A stretch of 64,000 nucleotides of DNA from NCBI GenBank assembly GCA_040902445.1, contig JBBDXJ010000293.1:2075-66074 (forward strand), written 5' to 3'. The DNA comes from Cyclobacteriaceae bacterium. GTDB lineage: Bacteria; Bacteroidota; Bacteroidia; Cytophagales; Cyclobacteriaceae. Positions 1 to 9,791 of this stretch are shown piece by piece; position 1 is the stretch's first letter; each line of letters starts with the position of its first letter. The translations under genes were made by a program, and so were the position numbers. The notes under the pieces are model-generated. The model did not search any database and was not told the origin of the DNA. It was given only the letters and a program-made list of their open reading frames with translations.

Positions 1-88
1 GCTCGTCCATTTTGTTTCGCGTGATGAATTTGTTGTTGGAGAGTTACCCCCTTACAATATGCTGGAATCAATTCGCCCATAGGTCGGG

Positions 89-1117
89 TTACAAACTTTC
101 GCGTACTTTTTTCGCGCCCTTCACCAGGTTCATAAGCTTTAACCGGGAGGCCCAGCGTGCTGTCTGACTCAGACCGCAGTCGGGAGCCACAGCCAATTTC
201 GCCGCAGGAACGTAGGTCAAACAACGGTTGATCCTTTGCACCACATCTTCCACCGTTTCTATATAATAATTTTTTACGTCGATGATGCCGACGGCTACAT
301 CCATTTTCTCTGCAAAAACCTTCAGCAATTCGATTTCTGCAAACTCGCGGTTGGCCATTTCAATGTGTACCTCATCAACTTTCAGGTCGAGGAAATTCGG
401 GAGCATGGGCGCGATGCTGCGGTAGCCCACGGGTCTACCCTTAAAATTTCCGAAACACAAATGGGTGGAGAGACGGCACTTTCCGGCAATTGAATTTACA
501 GTCCGATTGAAAATATCCACAAAGCGTTTCGTGTCCTCACGGTACGCATAACAGCTCATGGAAGGTTCATCCACGGTGATCTCTTTACAGCCCGCTGCCA
601 CGAGGTCTTCGAGTTCTTTTTTTACAAAAGGTAAAATGGCTTCTGTAATAGCATAGCGGTCTTTGTATTTCTCATTGGGCAGTAATCTTCCGCTCAACGT
701 ATAGGGACCGGGTACGCTCGCTTTTAATAACTGACCCGGCGGTGCCAGTCTCTCGAGGCGTTTGTATTCTTTAACTGCTCCAAAGCCGTCGGGAGCGGTA
801 AGGGTATCCACGATGGAATTTCTTCCGCGCTGGTCGTGAGCAGCCGGGCCCCATTTTCGCAGCTCGTCTGTATTCTCGCGGATACCCTTGATGAATCCGT
901 AAAAAGAGAGATTGAAATCCAGACGCGTTTGTTCTCCATCAGTGATTACATCCAGCCCGGCGGTGACCTGGTCGTGAATGGCCGCGATCACAGCATCTTC
1001 AATCATTTCTTCCTTGTCGGCATTTCCGAATTCGTGAAGATTCTTGACGGCGAATTCAAGCCAGCCCGGGAAAGGGTAGCTGCCGATTACCGTAGTGCGA
1101 ATGGGAACTGGTTGCAT
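89..1117 (-). CDS. cobalamin-independent methionine synthase (MetE catalytic-domain) family protein
   Basis: 342-aa ORF. Motifs TTVIGSYPFPGWL, ITDGEQTR, HLCFGN and APDCGL match the MetE C-terminal Zn-dependent methyltransferase fold. Confidence 0.7.
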   Translation of the reverse strand: MQPVPIRTTVIGSYPFPGWLEFAVKNLHEFGNADKEEMIEDAVIAAIHDQVTAGLDVITDGEQTRLDFNLSFYGFIKGIRENTDELRKWGPAAHDQRGRNSIVDTLTAPDGFGAVKEYKRLERLAPPGQLLKASVPGPYTLSGRLLPNEKYKDRYAITEAILPFVKKELEDLVAAGCKEITVDEPSMSCYAYREDTKRFVDIFNRTVNSIAGKCRLSTHLCFGNFKGRPVGYRSIAPMLPNFLDLKVDEVHIEMANREFAEIELLKVFAEKMDVAVGIIDVKNYYIETVEDVVQRINRCLTYVPAAKLAVAPDCGLSQTARWASRLKLMNLVKGAKKVRESL

Positions 1118-1135
1118 GAGTTATAAAATTTATCT

Positions 1136-1921
1136 TCAATTGGTCTTGCCTGCGTTTTCATAGAGCTTTGCCAAACGGTGTGCGTGTTCATCGTAAGCGC
1201 TTTCAAAAAGTTCCACCGCGCGTTGTTCACCGACGACGGCGGCCCCGCTAAGCACTTTGGGTGGTTGTCCGGCGGCGGTTAAAAGCGCTGCTACTTCCGC
1301 TTTAACAGAATTGATGATCATGGCGCCTCCAACGGTCGAGCCAGGTGAAACGGGGGTGTTTAATCCTTCTACATATACCATCGCATCGCCCACCGGGGCA
1401 CCCGTATCCAGGATCAGATCCGAAAAATCCCCGAGTTTTTTTCCGTCAGCGCGTTTGCTTTTGCTTTTTTCCGAATGCTCTCGGGTAAGTATCGAAACTA
1501 CTTTTACTTTTTTTCTTTGAAACAATTCGGCCATCTCGATGGGAACGACATTACATCCGCTTGAAGAAATGATCAACGCGGAATCACGGGGTGAAATGTC
1601 AAAGTTTCGAAGGATCCTTTCTGCAAGGCCAGAAGTATTTTCCAGGAACATCGCCTGGCGCTGCCCGTTCGCACCCACCACCAGATTATGGAAGGTTAAA
1701 GAAAGTTCTACAATAGGATTGAAGCCGGGAAAGGAACCATACCGCGGCCACATCTCTTCAACCATGATGCGACTGTGCCCTGAACCGAATACATGCACCA
1801 TCCTGCCTGCGAGTATGGTTTGAGAAAACCATTGTGCTGCCTGCTTCATCATTGCCTCCTGGGCGGTAACCACGTCGAGAATGTGCAGGCATCTTGCCAG
1901 GTAATTTTGAGTAGGGGTCAT
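1136..1921 (-). CDS. SIS (sugar isomerase) domain protein
   Basis: The ORF track gives 1136..1969. I prefer the internal ATG at 1919-1921 (MTPTQNY...) because it abuts the stop of the upstream ROK gene (1923). HVFGSGHSRIMVEEM and ISSSGCN are SIS-type phosphosugar-binding motifs. Confidence 0.65.
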   Translation of the reverse strand: MTPTQNYLARCLHILDVVTAQEAMMKQAAQWFSQTILAGRMVHVFGSGHSRIMVEEMWPRYGSFPGFNPIVELSLTFHNLVVGANGQRQAMFLENTSGLAERILRNFDISPRDSALIISSSGCNVVPIEMAELFQRKKVKVVSILTREHSEKSKSKRADGKKLGDFSDLILDTGAPVGDAMVYVEGLNTPVSPGSTVGGAMIINSVKAEVAALLTAAGQPPKVLSGAAVVGEQRAVELFESAYDEHAHRLAKLYENAGKTN

Positions 1922-1922
1922 T

Positions 1923-2819
1923 TCAGTCTTTTGTTTTTGATAGTGCAAATCCGGCAGCGCCCATGGCACCCGCCATGTCGGAAAACTGCGCCAGCTTCAA
2001 AGGAGTATGTTTGCCGTTCGGTCGCCATTCATAGATTTCAAGAAAATGCTGAAGGGGTTTCATCAGGGCATCTCCCGCCTGCGCAATGCCTCCGCCAATA
2101 ATAACAACTTCCGGCGATATCATATTAATGGCAGAAGCAATGCTGACGGCTAACTTTTTCAGAGAATCCAGCCACAACCACGTTGCAAAAGTTTCGCCGC
2201 GCCGGTAGCCTTCAATAAGCTCGAACGTGTCCTGAAATCTCCCGTGAGAACGGTGAGCGATCGTAATATTTCCGATAGCATCTTCAATACTTCCGGGCAT
2301 GTTTGTTACATCACGGGTGTGAGCATTCGCATCAACGGTTGTATGGCCAAAGTGTCCCGCCATTTGCGAAAGACCCTGGTAAAGATGACCATTAATTAAG
2401 ATACCCCCGCCGACACCAGACCCCAACGTAAGCAGAATAGCATGGTTCATTCCACGTGCTGCACCAAAGGAAGCTTCCGCTGTTAATGCGGCGTGCGCAT
2501 CGTTCAATACAAAGACTTTTTCCTTTGTAAATGCTGACCATACAAAATTTTCCAGGCCCGGTAATCTGCCGGGCATGCATTCGATGCAGGTGTTGTCACC
2601 ATTCGCGAGACCCGGTGCACACAATCCAATGGCGTGGACCTCTTGTTCATTCTTTATTTTGAAATCTTTGATTAAGGCGTCGACAGCTTCTTTCCAATGC
2701 CGGCCTTCCTGTTCACGGGTCTCCTGCCGGGCCTGATGCAATATATTTCCACTATCATCGATCAAAACCGCTTTGATATTGGTACATCCCAAATCAATTC
2801 CTATTGCTGTCCTTTTCAT
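1923..2819 (-). CDS. ROK family sugar kinase
   Basis: 298 aa. N-terminal IGIDLGCTNIK ATPase motif and LTLGSGVGGG glycine-rich motif, typical of ROK glucokinase / N-acetylhexosamine kinases. Confidence 0.75.
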   Translation of the reverse strand: MKRTAIGIDLGCTNIKAVLIDDSGNILHQARQETREQEGRHWKEAVDALIKDFKIKNEQEVHAIGLCAPGLANGDNTCIECMPGRLPGLENFVWSAFTKEKVFVLNDAHAALTAEASFGAARGMNHAILLTLGSGVGGGILINGHLYQGLSQMAGHFGHTTVDANAHTRDVTNMPGSIEDAIGNITIAHRSHGRFQDTFELIEGYRRGETFATWLWLDSLKKLAVSIASAINMISPEVVIIGGGIAQAGDALMKPLQHFLEIYEWRPNGKHTPLKLAQFSDMAGAMGAAGFALSKTKD

Positions 2820-2827
2820 AGTAAATA

Positions 2828-3616
2828 TTAATACTGTCCTTCAGAAATACTCCAGCCACCATCCACGGAAAGGATCTGGCCGGTCGTAAATTGGGAATAA
2901 TCCGACATAAAATAAACCGCTGCTCCGTCGAGGTCGGCCGGTGATCCGATGCGTCCCCCATCGAGCGGTTGTTTTGTCTTTACAAATGATATTATGTTTT
3001 CGTCGTTGGCCGCGCGTTGAGCCATAGGGGTTTCCACCAGGGCGGGCGCTAATAGATTAATGCGAATATTGTGGGCGGCGTAAAAGGATGCAATCGACTT
3101 GGTAAAACCGATGGCCGCGGATTTTGCCGCAGCATATGCGTGGGTCACAAAATATTTTGGCGAGGGAGAATATCCAAGGACGGAACCCATGTTCAGTATA
3201 CTTCCATGTTTTTTTCGTTCCATAAATGATCTGACAGCGGCCTGGTTGGACAGCATCAGCGAAGTAAGGTTGAGAGATAGCGTATATTCCCAGCCCTCCC
3301 GGGTTAACTCATGGAGCGGGCCATCGCCAAACTTGCGTCCGCTACCCCCGGCCACATGGTACAGACCGTCGAATCCTCCAAACTGACGGATGCAATCTTT
3401 AATGGCGTTATCCGCCGTTCCGGCCTCGGAGGCATCTCCTGTTTCCACCAACGCTTTTTTCAAACGCCTGGAAGCTTTTTCCACGCTGTCGGGACTTCTG
3501 CCAATAGCTACTACGTTAGCGCCCTGACGCAGGAATGCCTCCGCAGCTGATAGTCCTATGCCAGTGGTTCCCCCGATGATGACGATGGATTTATCCTTGA
3601 GCCAAAGGTCTTGCAT
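2828..3616 (-). CDS. SDR family oxidoreductase
   Basis: IIGGTTGIGLS (TGxxxGxG Rossmann motif) and YAAAK (YxxxK catalytic motif). Start moved to M19 of the tracked ORF (MQDLWLKDK...), which gives a normal SDR N-terminus. Confidence 0.8.
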   Translation of the reverse strand: MQDLWLKDKSIVIIGGTTGIGLSAAEAFLRQGANVVAIGRSPDSVEKASRRLKKALVETGDASEAGTADNAIKDCIRQFGGFDGLYHVAGGSGRKFGDGPLHELTREGWEYTLSLNLTSLMLSNQAAVRSFMERKKHGSILNMGSVLGYSPSPKYFVTHAYAAAKSAAIGFTKSIASFYAAHNIRINLLAPALVETPMAQRAANDENIISFVKTKQPLDGGRIGSPADLDGAAVYFMSDYSQFTTGQILSVDGGWSISEGQY

Positions 3617-3840
3617 GGTAATGTTTTTGTTGAAACTTAAAAATAGGGAATTGCCCATTAAAAAGATCAATCCCTTTTAAATCTCTGCAATCCTGGCGTT
3701 AAATCGATGAGCAATGTCAGTTTTCACCCTTCTTCGCACACTAAATCATTGGGTCGGTGCGTTCCTACGCCAACAGCCAACTATGGTTTCAGTTCAGATT
3801 TTTGTAATTTTATTTTTGCATGCAATAAACCTCATGCCTA

Positions 3841-5115
3841 ATGAGCAAGCATATCTTAAAGGGCCTTCCTGAACTTCTTGACGCGGGCCTCATCAGTGAA
3901 GAGACCTCTGAAAAAATAAAGACCTACTACCTTCATAAAGAACAGCAATCCCCTGATCGTCTTGTTTTGATCTTTGGCATATTGGGAGCCTTGCTGACAG
4001 GCCTGGGGATCATCCTGATAATTGCTCATAACTGGGATGACTTTTCACGGGCGGGGAAATTGTTCTTTGCACTTTTACCCCTCTTGTCAGGACAGTTGAT
4101 CTGTGCATACACTTTATTCAAAAAACCTGAGAGTCGCCTATGGCGGGAGGCAGGGTCTGTTTTCCTTCTCTTAGCGATCGCGGCCTCCATTTCCATTGTC
4201 AGCCAGGTATACAACATCCCTGGCGATATTTCAGGATTTCTTTTTATATGGATGCTTTTGTCGATCCCATTAATTTACGTCATGAAATCTGCGATGACAT
4301 CCCTGCTGGTCATCTGTGGCATTACATGGTATGCGTGTTCCCTGAGTTACTTCAATTATCCGAATGAAATTGCCTGGTACTACTGGCCGATGCTTGCGGC
4401 AGTGATACCGTTTTTCATCAGTTTAATGAAAAATAAACGAGGAAACGTTTTCTATTTTCACAGCTGGCTGCTCGCGCTGTCGATAATCATTAGTTTAGGT
4501 ATGTTTGAGTCCAGTAGTAATTTCATCTTCATCGCTTACATGAGCCTGTTTAGTCTTTTCGTTTTGATCGGCGAATCCAGGTGGTTTTCAGACAGTAAGA
4601 TTATCAGCAACGCTTTCCTCGTTGCCGGAAGCCTGGGGTCAACCATATTATTATTAATGGGTTCCTTCGATTGGATGTGGAAAGAGATCGCTGGCAGCAA
4701 TTTGTTGATGGATACTGCCTTCGTTGTTGGTGCGATTGTTTCGTCGCTTGCCGCGCTTTTGCTCGTCTACGAAATACGCCGGAAGGGGCTCTCATCCATC
4801 AACCCGAAATCCTTCATTTTTTTGATTTTTATCCCGCTTTATGCGCTTGCCATGGTTCAACCCGAAGTTGCCCAATGGCTGACCAATATGCTGGTGCTGG
4901 CCATTGCTGTGGTTACAACGTGGCGTGGCGCCGAACGCGACAATATATTTATTTTAAACTATGGCTTGCTGATCCTGGCGGCGCTCATCCTTTGCAGGTT
5001 CTTTGATACGAATCTGAGTTTAGTCGCCCGCGGGATTTTATTCGTAATTGTTGGATTGAGTTTCTTCGGCGCCAATTACTGGGTATTAAGAAAGAGGAAA
5101 TTGCAGAACGCATGA
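3841..5115 (+). CDS. DUF2157-type polytopic membrane protein
   Basis: 424 aa. Soluble N-terminal helix (LPELLDAGLISEETSEKIKTYY) followed by more than 10 hydrophobic spans. ATGA overlap with the next gene. Confidence 0.55.
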   Translation: MSKHILKGLPELLDAGLISEETSEKIKTYYLHKEQQSPDRLVLIFGILGALLTGLGIILIIAHNWDDFSRAGKLFFALLPLLSGQLICAYTLFKKPESRLWREAGSVFLLLAIAASISIVSQVYNIPGDISGFLFIWMLLSIPLIYVMKSAMTSLLVICGITWYACSLSYFNYPNEIAWYYWPMLAAVIPFFISLMKNKRGNVFYFHSWLLALSIIISLGMFESSSNFIFIAYMSLFSLFVLIGESRWFSDSKIISNAFLVAGSLGSTILLLMGSFDWMWKEIAGSNLLMDTAFVVGAIVSSLAALLLVYEIRRKGLSSINPKSFIFLIFIPLYALAMVQPEVAQWLTNMLVLAIAVVTTWRGAERDNIFILNYGLLILAALILCRFFDTNLSLVARGILFVIVGLSFFGANYWVLRKRKLQNA

Positions 5116-5684
5116 AAACATGGCTCGTAATTTTGTTTAGTCTGGCATGTATCAGCCAATGGTACGTGCCCGCGTCAATGATCGTTGAGCAGGAGAATAT
5201 TCTCAGCAATGGTAAAACCTTTCGTTTCAAAACAGCCCCGGTCGATCCGTCCGACCCTTTCAGGGGAAAGTATATTACACTGAGTTTTGAAGCCGATAAT
5301 TATAAAAATACAAACGGCCATGAATGGGAGCGAGGCCAAAAAGTATTCGTCATAATAAACGAAGATGATAAGGGCTTTGCCCGGATTTCGGACATTACAG
5401 AAACATTGCCCGATCCGGGTAAGGACTATGTTCAGGCGGAGGTGGGATTTAGCAATGATGATGAAATGGTGCGCGTTGAATATCCGTTCCAGCGTTTCTA
5501 CCTCGAGGAGTCAAAGGCTTCGGACGCTGAGAAGGTTTACGGGGAAGGCAACCGCAGTGACTCTTCGCAGACGACCTATGCTGTGGTACGTGTAAAAAAT
5601 GGTCGGACCGCTCTTGAAGATGTGATGATCAATGATAACAGCATCGTCGATATTGTTCGCGAGTTAAATGAGGCAAAAGATTAA
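5112..5684 (+). CDS. GDYXXLXY-domain protein (degenerate motif GKYITLSF)
   Basis: 190 aa with an N-terminal signal/anchor. DPSDPFRGKYITLSFE resembles the GDYXXLXY motif. The family is typically paired with DUF2157, as it is here, with a 4-nt overlap. Confidence 0.55.
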   Translation: MKTWLVILFSLACISQWYVPASMIVEQENILSNGKTFRFKTAPVDPSDPFRGKYITLSFEADNYKNTNGHEWERGQKVFVIINEDDKGFARISDITETLPDPGKDYVQAEVGFSNDDEMVRVEYPFQRFYLEESKASDAEKVYGEGNRSDSSQTTYAVVRVKNGRTALEDVMINDNSIVDIVRELNEAKD

Positions 5685-5934
5685 TTGGCGAAAAAAGGTT
5701 TTTAATAAAATTGCCGAACCTGTTTGCCTGATTGTCTTTCACAAAAAAAGTAAGACGCCAAATATTTCATACGATGAGGCCGTTGAGCAAGCGCTTTGTT
5801 TTGGCTGGATCGATAACAAGGGGATGAAAAGAGATGGAGAAAGCATGTACCTGCAGTTTTGTCCCCGAAGGGAAAAAAGTAACTGGAGCAAACTTAATAA
5901 AGATAGGGCGGAGAAAATGATTGAGAAAGGATTG
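5668..5934 (+). pseudogene. YdeI/OmpD-associated (bacteriocin-protection) family fragment, in frame with the downstream ORF
   Basis: ISYDEAVEQALCFGWIDNKG...FCPRREKSNWSKLNKDRAEKMIEKGLM matches the central part of YdeI-family proteins. Both the N- and C-terminal parts of that family are missing. Confidence 0.55.
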
Positions 5935-6894
5935 ATGATTTTCTTCTTCCCATTGATCCTTTTTGCCGGAGGTTCCAATGGTCAGGTTTCAAAAAGCCAA
6001 TCATCCAGTGGCGAACTGATCTTCCAGTCAGGATTTGAAAATGATTCCAAAGTAATAAACAGGAATGGGAACAGCGATCTGGTTGGCAGTGACAAATCTT
6101 TATCAGTGCATAATGACTGGGTAAATGATCTGGACAACCATCCGAATATCGGAAATTTTAATCTCCAGTACCAGGGTGGAGATTCCACAAAACGATACGC
6201 CAGGATCATCCCGGAACCCGGAAATTTTAAAAATCACGTTTTACATTTCTGGCTGGATCATCCGAATGTAGACAATAGCAAAGGACGGATACAGGGCAAC
6301 CTGTATGATAATAACGGGATCAAAGAGATTTACCAGTCCGTAAGGATCTTCCTGCACGACGACTTTAACACGGTGCGTACATATCCCGCCGAGATACACT
6401 GGCTAACCATTGCAGAATTTTGGAATAACATCACCTGGAGCCAGACTGTTCCATTTGGATTCAGGATCACACTTGGTATTGGCAAGCCCACACCCAATGA
6501 AAGCGATCTGTATTTTATCCTTGATGCACAGGATTGTGAATTGTTTTCTGACGGTAAACAGAAATACACCACCCTCTGGGCCGAAACTAATCAAGCTGTA
6601 AGAGTGCCCATCGGAAAATGGTTTACCATGGACTATTATTATAAGGAAGGCAATGATGCGAACGGGCGATTTTACCTGTCGATCACTCCGGAAGGCGAAA
6701 GCAAACAGGTTGTTTTTGATCTTACAAAGATCACACACGATACGCAGGATCCAAATCCCGATGGCTTGGGCGACTTTAATCCCATCAAACTATACACTTC
6801 AAAGGGATTGATAGAATATATGAAGAGCAAGGATAAGACTTTGCAGATCTACTGGGATGACCTGAGGCTATGGAAAAATAAAAAGCCGGAGTAG
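5935..6894 (+). CDS. secreted hypothetical protein (possibly a concanavalin-like/polysaccharide-lyase-like fold)
   Basis: Internal ATG at 5935 gives MIFFFPLILFAGGSNGQ, which reads as the remainder of a signal peptide, followed by about 300 aa rich in beta-strand-type sequence. I do not recognise the family with confidence. Confidence 0.45.
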   Translation: MIFFFPLILFAGGSNGQVSKSQSSSGELIFQSGFENDSKVINRNGNSDLVGSDKSLSVHNDWVNDLDNHPNIGNFNLQYQGGDSTKRYARIIPEPGNFKNHVLHFWLDHPNVDNSKGRIQGNLYDNNGIKEIYQSVRIFLHDDFNTVRTYPAEIHWLTIAEFWNNITWSQTVPFGFRITLGIGKPTPNESDLYFILDAQDCELFSDGKQKYTTLWAETNQAVRVPIGKWFTMDYYYKEGNDANGRFYLSITPEGESKQVVFDLTKITHDTQDPNPDGLGDFNPIKLYTSKGLIEYMKSKDKTLQIYWDDLRLWKNKKPE

Positions 6895-7282
6895 GGTCTC
6901 TCTTCGAAGCCGTCATCCTGTCCATGGGACTCCTAGGGAGAGACTAGCATCGGTTTTGCCGATACCTATTGGAAATGACAGGTGTCTTGATGTCAGCAGA
7001 TCAATAAAAAAAAATAATCTGTCATTGGCGGCGATGCTACGCATGGTAGTAGGACTAAATTTAAAGATCTGGTGATTGACCGGTAAACCGGTTACCAATT
7101 TCATTTGTTTTTGATCCGCTGTAAATGGAATGAAAGCCTGACAATCCCATGCGACAGCAGCAAGAGAAAGATGAAAAAAGCCGGGGTATTTTTCTTAATT
7201 TGGTTTGGATACTTAGCCTGGCGATTATATAAATTCGCAGTAGAAGATTGGGTCGAATCAATGACAAATAACCATTAAAGTA

Positions 7283-8674
7283 ATGCGGGACATCCTCAAT
7301 CATCACAAAGTACCCCTGCTGTGTGAAACGGATATTTTGATAATAGGTGCAGGTTCTGCCGGGTGCATAGCAGCGATGGCTGCCAGGCACTCGCGCAAAT
7401 ATAAGGTGATGGTGGTAGAGAGATATGGATTTCCAGGAGGGACCTCTACGCAAATGCTGGATACGTTCTATGGCTTTTTTACACCAGGGGAAGCTCCTAA
7501 GAAAATTATCGGAGGTCTGCCAGATACTATTGTGGATTCACTCCATCAAACAGGCGATATTTTTTTGCGGCCGAATACGTATGGTGCGGGAACAGGCGTG
7601 AACTATAATCCCGAACGTTTGAAATCAGTATGGGAGCAAAAAATGCTGGAAGCAGGCGTGCGCCTCTTGCTGCACACGACCCTGGTGGATGTAGTCGGAG
7701 AAGAAAAAGAAAAATGGAGTTGTATTTTCTGGAATAAAAGCGGATTCCATAAGGTGAAAGCCAAAAGGGTCATTGATGCTTCCGGCGATGCGGATTTTTG
7801 CCATTTAGCCGGGTTGTCTTACGAAACTGCCGGGGAGTCGGAACCCGCGCAAAGTATGACCACTACTTTTCGGATGTGCAATGTCGACTTCAATAAATTC
7901 AAACAGGCTGGAGGTAATAACACACTGAAAGAAAAGATGAAAACGGCCTTTGAAAGCGGAGCTTATCCATTGCCGCGTAAGGAAGGGTCAGCGCATGAAA
8001 TGTGTCAGCCTAAGTGTATCTCCACCGTGGCTGTAAAGGTAAGTGACTTGAGCGCCCTGAACGGAGAGGAACTCACACAAGCCGAGATAGAGGGAAGAAG
8101 ACAGGCTTTCATTTTTGAAGAATTTTTCCGGAAAGAGATACCCGGGTATGAAGAATCGAAAATTATTGGCCTGTCCCATCACATTGGTGTACGGGAAACA
8201 CGACGCGTGTACGGAGAAAAACGACTGACGAAAGAAGATTGCTTGTCAGGACTTATCCCTGACGACTGCATTTTACTTTGCGGAGCGCCTATTGAGGATC
8301 ATCGGAAAGGGAAGGGCGGAGAAGACGAGACCTTCTGGCAATACATTCCTGATAACGGGGTCTATGGCGTGCCCTATGGTACCATTGTGCCTAAGGGAAG
8401 TGCGCTGGCCTGGGTCGCGGGGCGATGTTTTTCCGCCACGCATGATGCCCACGCCTCCTGTCGATCGATGGCCCAAACCATGTCTATGGGTCAAGCCGCT
8501 GGTTTGGCAGCAGTACTTTCACTGAACGTCGATACATCCGCGAACAACATCAATATCATCGACCTTCAGTCCCGCCTGTTGGAAATCGGGGCCGTCCTTC
8601 GAGCGCACGATGCCCTAACAGATACCAGCCGGAATGGATGGAAGAATAATTTTTTGAAGACGAATAAAGATTGA
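7283..8674 (+). CDS. FAD-dependent oxidoreductase
   Basis: 463 aa. N-terminal dinucleotide-binding motif DILIIGAGSAGCIAAMAA and later DASGDADF. Confidence 0.7.
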   Translation: MRDILNHHKVPLLCETDILIIGAGSAGCIAAMAARHSRKYKVMVVERYGFPGGTSTQMLDTFYGFFTPGEAPKKIIGGLPDTIVDSLHQTGDIFLRPNTYGAGTGVNYNPERLKSVWEQKMLEAGVRLLLHTTLVDVVGEEKEKWSCIFWNKSGFHKVKAKRVIDASGDADFCHLAGLSYETAGESEPAQSMTTTFRMCNVDFNKFKQAGGNNTLKEKMKTAFESGAYPLPRKEGSAHEMCQPKCISTVAVKVSDLSALNGEELTQAEIEGRRQAFIFEEFFRKEIPGYEESKIIGLSHHIGVRETRRVYGEKRLTKEDCLSGLIPDDCILLCGAPIEDHRKGKGGEDETFWQYIPDNGVYGVPYGTIVPKGSALAWVAGRCFSATHDAHASCRSMAQTMSMGQAAGLAAVLSLNVDTSANNINIIDLQSRLLEIGAVLRAHDALTDTSRNGWKNNFLKTNKD

Positions 8675-8693
8675 GGTACTCACAATTTTTTCT

Positions 8694-9674
8694 ATGGAAC
8701 ATTCCACCGGCGCTGCCTTTGTTCGAACAGTACTCGGGGATATTGCGCCGGAGAAAATAGGATTAACTTATTCCCATGAGCATATCATTATTGAGGAAAG
8801 TTATCCAACACTGCAAAACCCTTCGTTTCTGCTCAACGATGTAGTTAAAGTCTCAGAGGAATTGCAGCGCTTTCATGATGTCGGAGGCAGAACCATGGTA
8901 GATACCATGCCGGCTAATTGCGGAAGGAATGTGCTCAAGCTGGCAGAAGTTTCGCGTCGTACCGGTGTCAATATTGTTGCACCCACTGGAATCCATCTGG
9001 AGATGTACTACGTCCCTGATCATTGGCGCTATGCCTATACGGAAGATCAGCTGACCAGATTATTCACAGATGACGTGATGATTGGCATCGATGCCAATGA
9101 TTATGGCGGCCCAAATGTGAACCGCACTCCTCATAAAGCCGGACTCGTTAAGCTGGCGACGGGAGATGAAAACATCAGCGCGCATCAGGAAAAAATATTT
9201 CGTGCGGTTGTTAATACGCATAAGGAAACCGGTGTTCCCATTCTAACCCATACCAATTTTGGTAAACATGCTATGGATCAGGTAAAGCTGTTTGATAAAC
9301 TAGGGGCCGATCTAAATCATGTGGTCATTTCTCATGTTGACCGCTACCAGGATATAGGGTATAACCGTGAATTGTTGCAAACCGGCGTGGTAGTTGAATA
9401 TGACAGCGCTTTTCGATGGAAGGAAAAAGAAAACTGGACCTATAAATTGCTGAAAGCTTTACTACCTGATTTTCCCGATCAGATCACGATGGGTATGGAT
9501 GCAGCCAGGAACATCTATTGGCAATCCTATGGCGGAAAGCCCGGTTTGAATTTTTTACTTACTACTTTTAAAGACGATCTTCAAAAGATGGGACTGGAGC
9601 AGTATTATGAAAATATCTTTTATAAAACTCCGTCCAGGCTATTTTGTTTTTCAAAAGTATCAGCGAATGGATAG
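8694..9674 (+). CDS. phosphotriesterase-related (PTE/Php family) amidohydrolase-fold protein
   Basis: 326 aa. GLTYSHEHIII (HxH metal motif), ILTHT and ISHVD motifs as in phosphotriesterase homology proteins. 19-nt gap from the FAD oxidoreductase gene. Confidence 0.7.
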   Translation: MEHSTGAAFVRTVLGDIAPEKIGLTYSHEHIIIEESYPTLQNPSFLLNDVVKVSEELQRFHDVGGRTMVDTMPANCGRNVLKLAEVSRRTGVNIVAPTGIHLEMYYVPDHWRYAYTEDQLTRLFTDDVMIGIDANDYGGPNVNRTPHKAGLVKLATGDENISAHQEKIFRAVVNTHKETGVPILTHTNFGKHAMDQVKLFDKLGADLNHVVISHVDRYQDIGYNRELLQTGVVVEYDSAFRWKEKENWTYKLLKALLPDFPDQITMGMDAARNIYWQSYGGKPGLNFLLTTFKDDLQKMGLEQYYENIFYKTPSRLFCFSKVSANG

Positions 9675-9791
9675 TACGAACGAGTCTTTTTTGACATTAA
9701 CCGGCAGGTTTTTCGAACCTCTCCGAACCAAATTTAGTTGTAAATTAGTCTGGCTGCTTGCAGCCGGCAAACTATCGCGAAAAAGCATTTA

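Noticed and set aside
7061-7453. 130-aa minus-strand ORF.
   Set aside because: It overlaps the N-terminal FAD-binding motif region of the plus-strand oxidoreductase gene and has no recognisable motifs.
9752-9765. Palindrome GGCTGCTTGCAGCC 27 nt upstream of lhr as an SOS/LexA-type operator.
   Set aside because: It matches no LexA box consensus I can recall for this phylum. A 6-bp-arm palindrome of this size is expected by chance.
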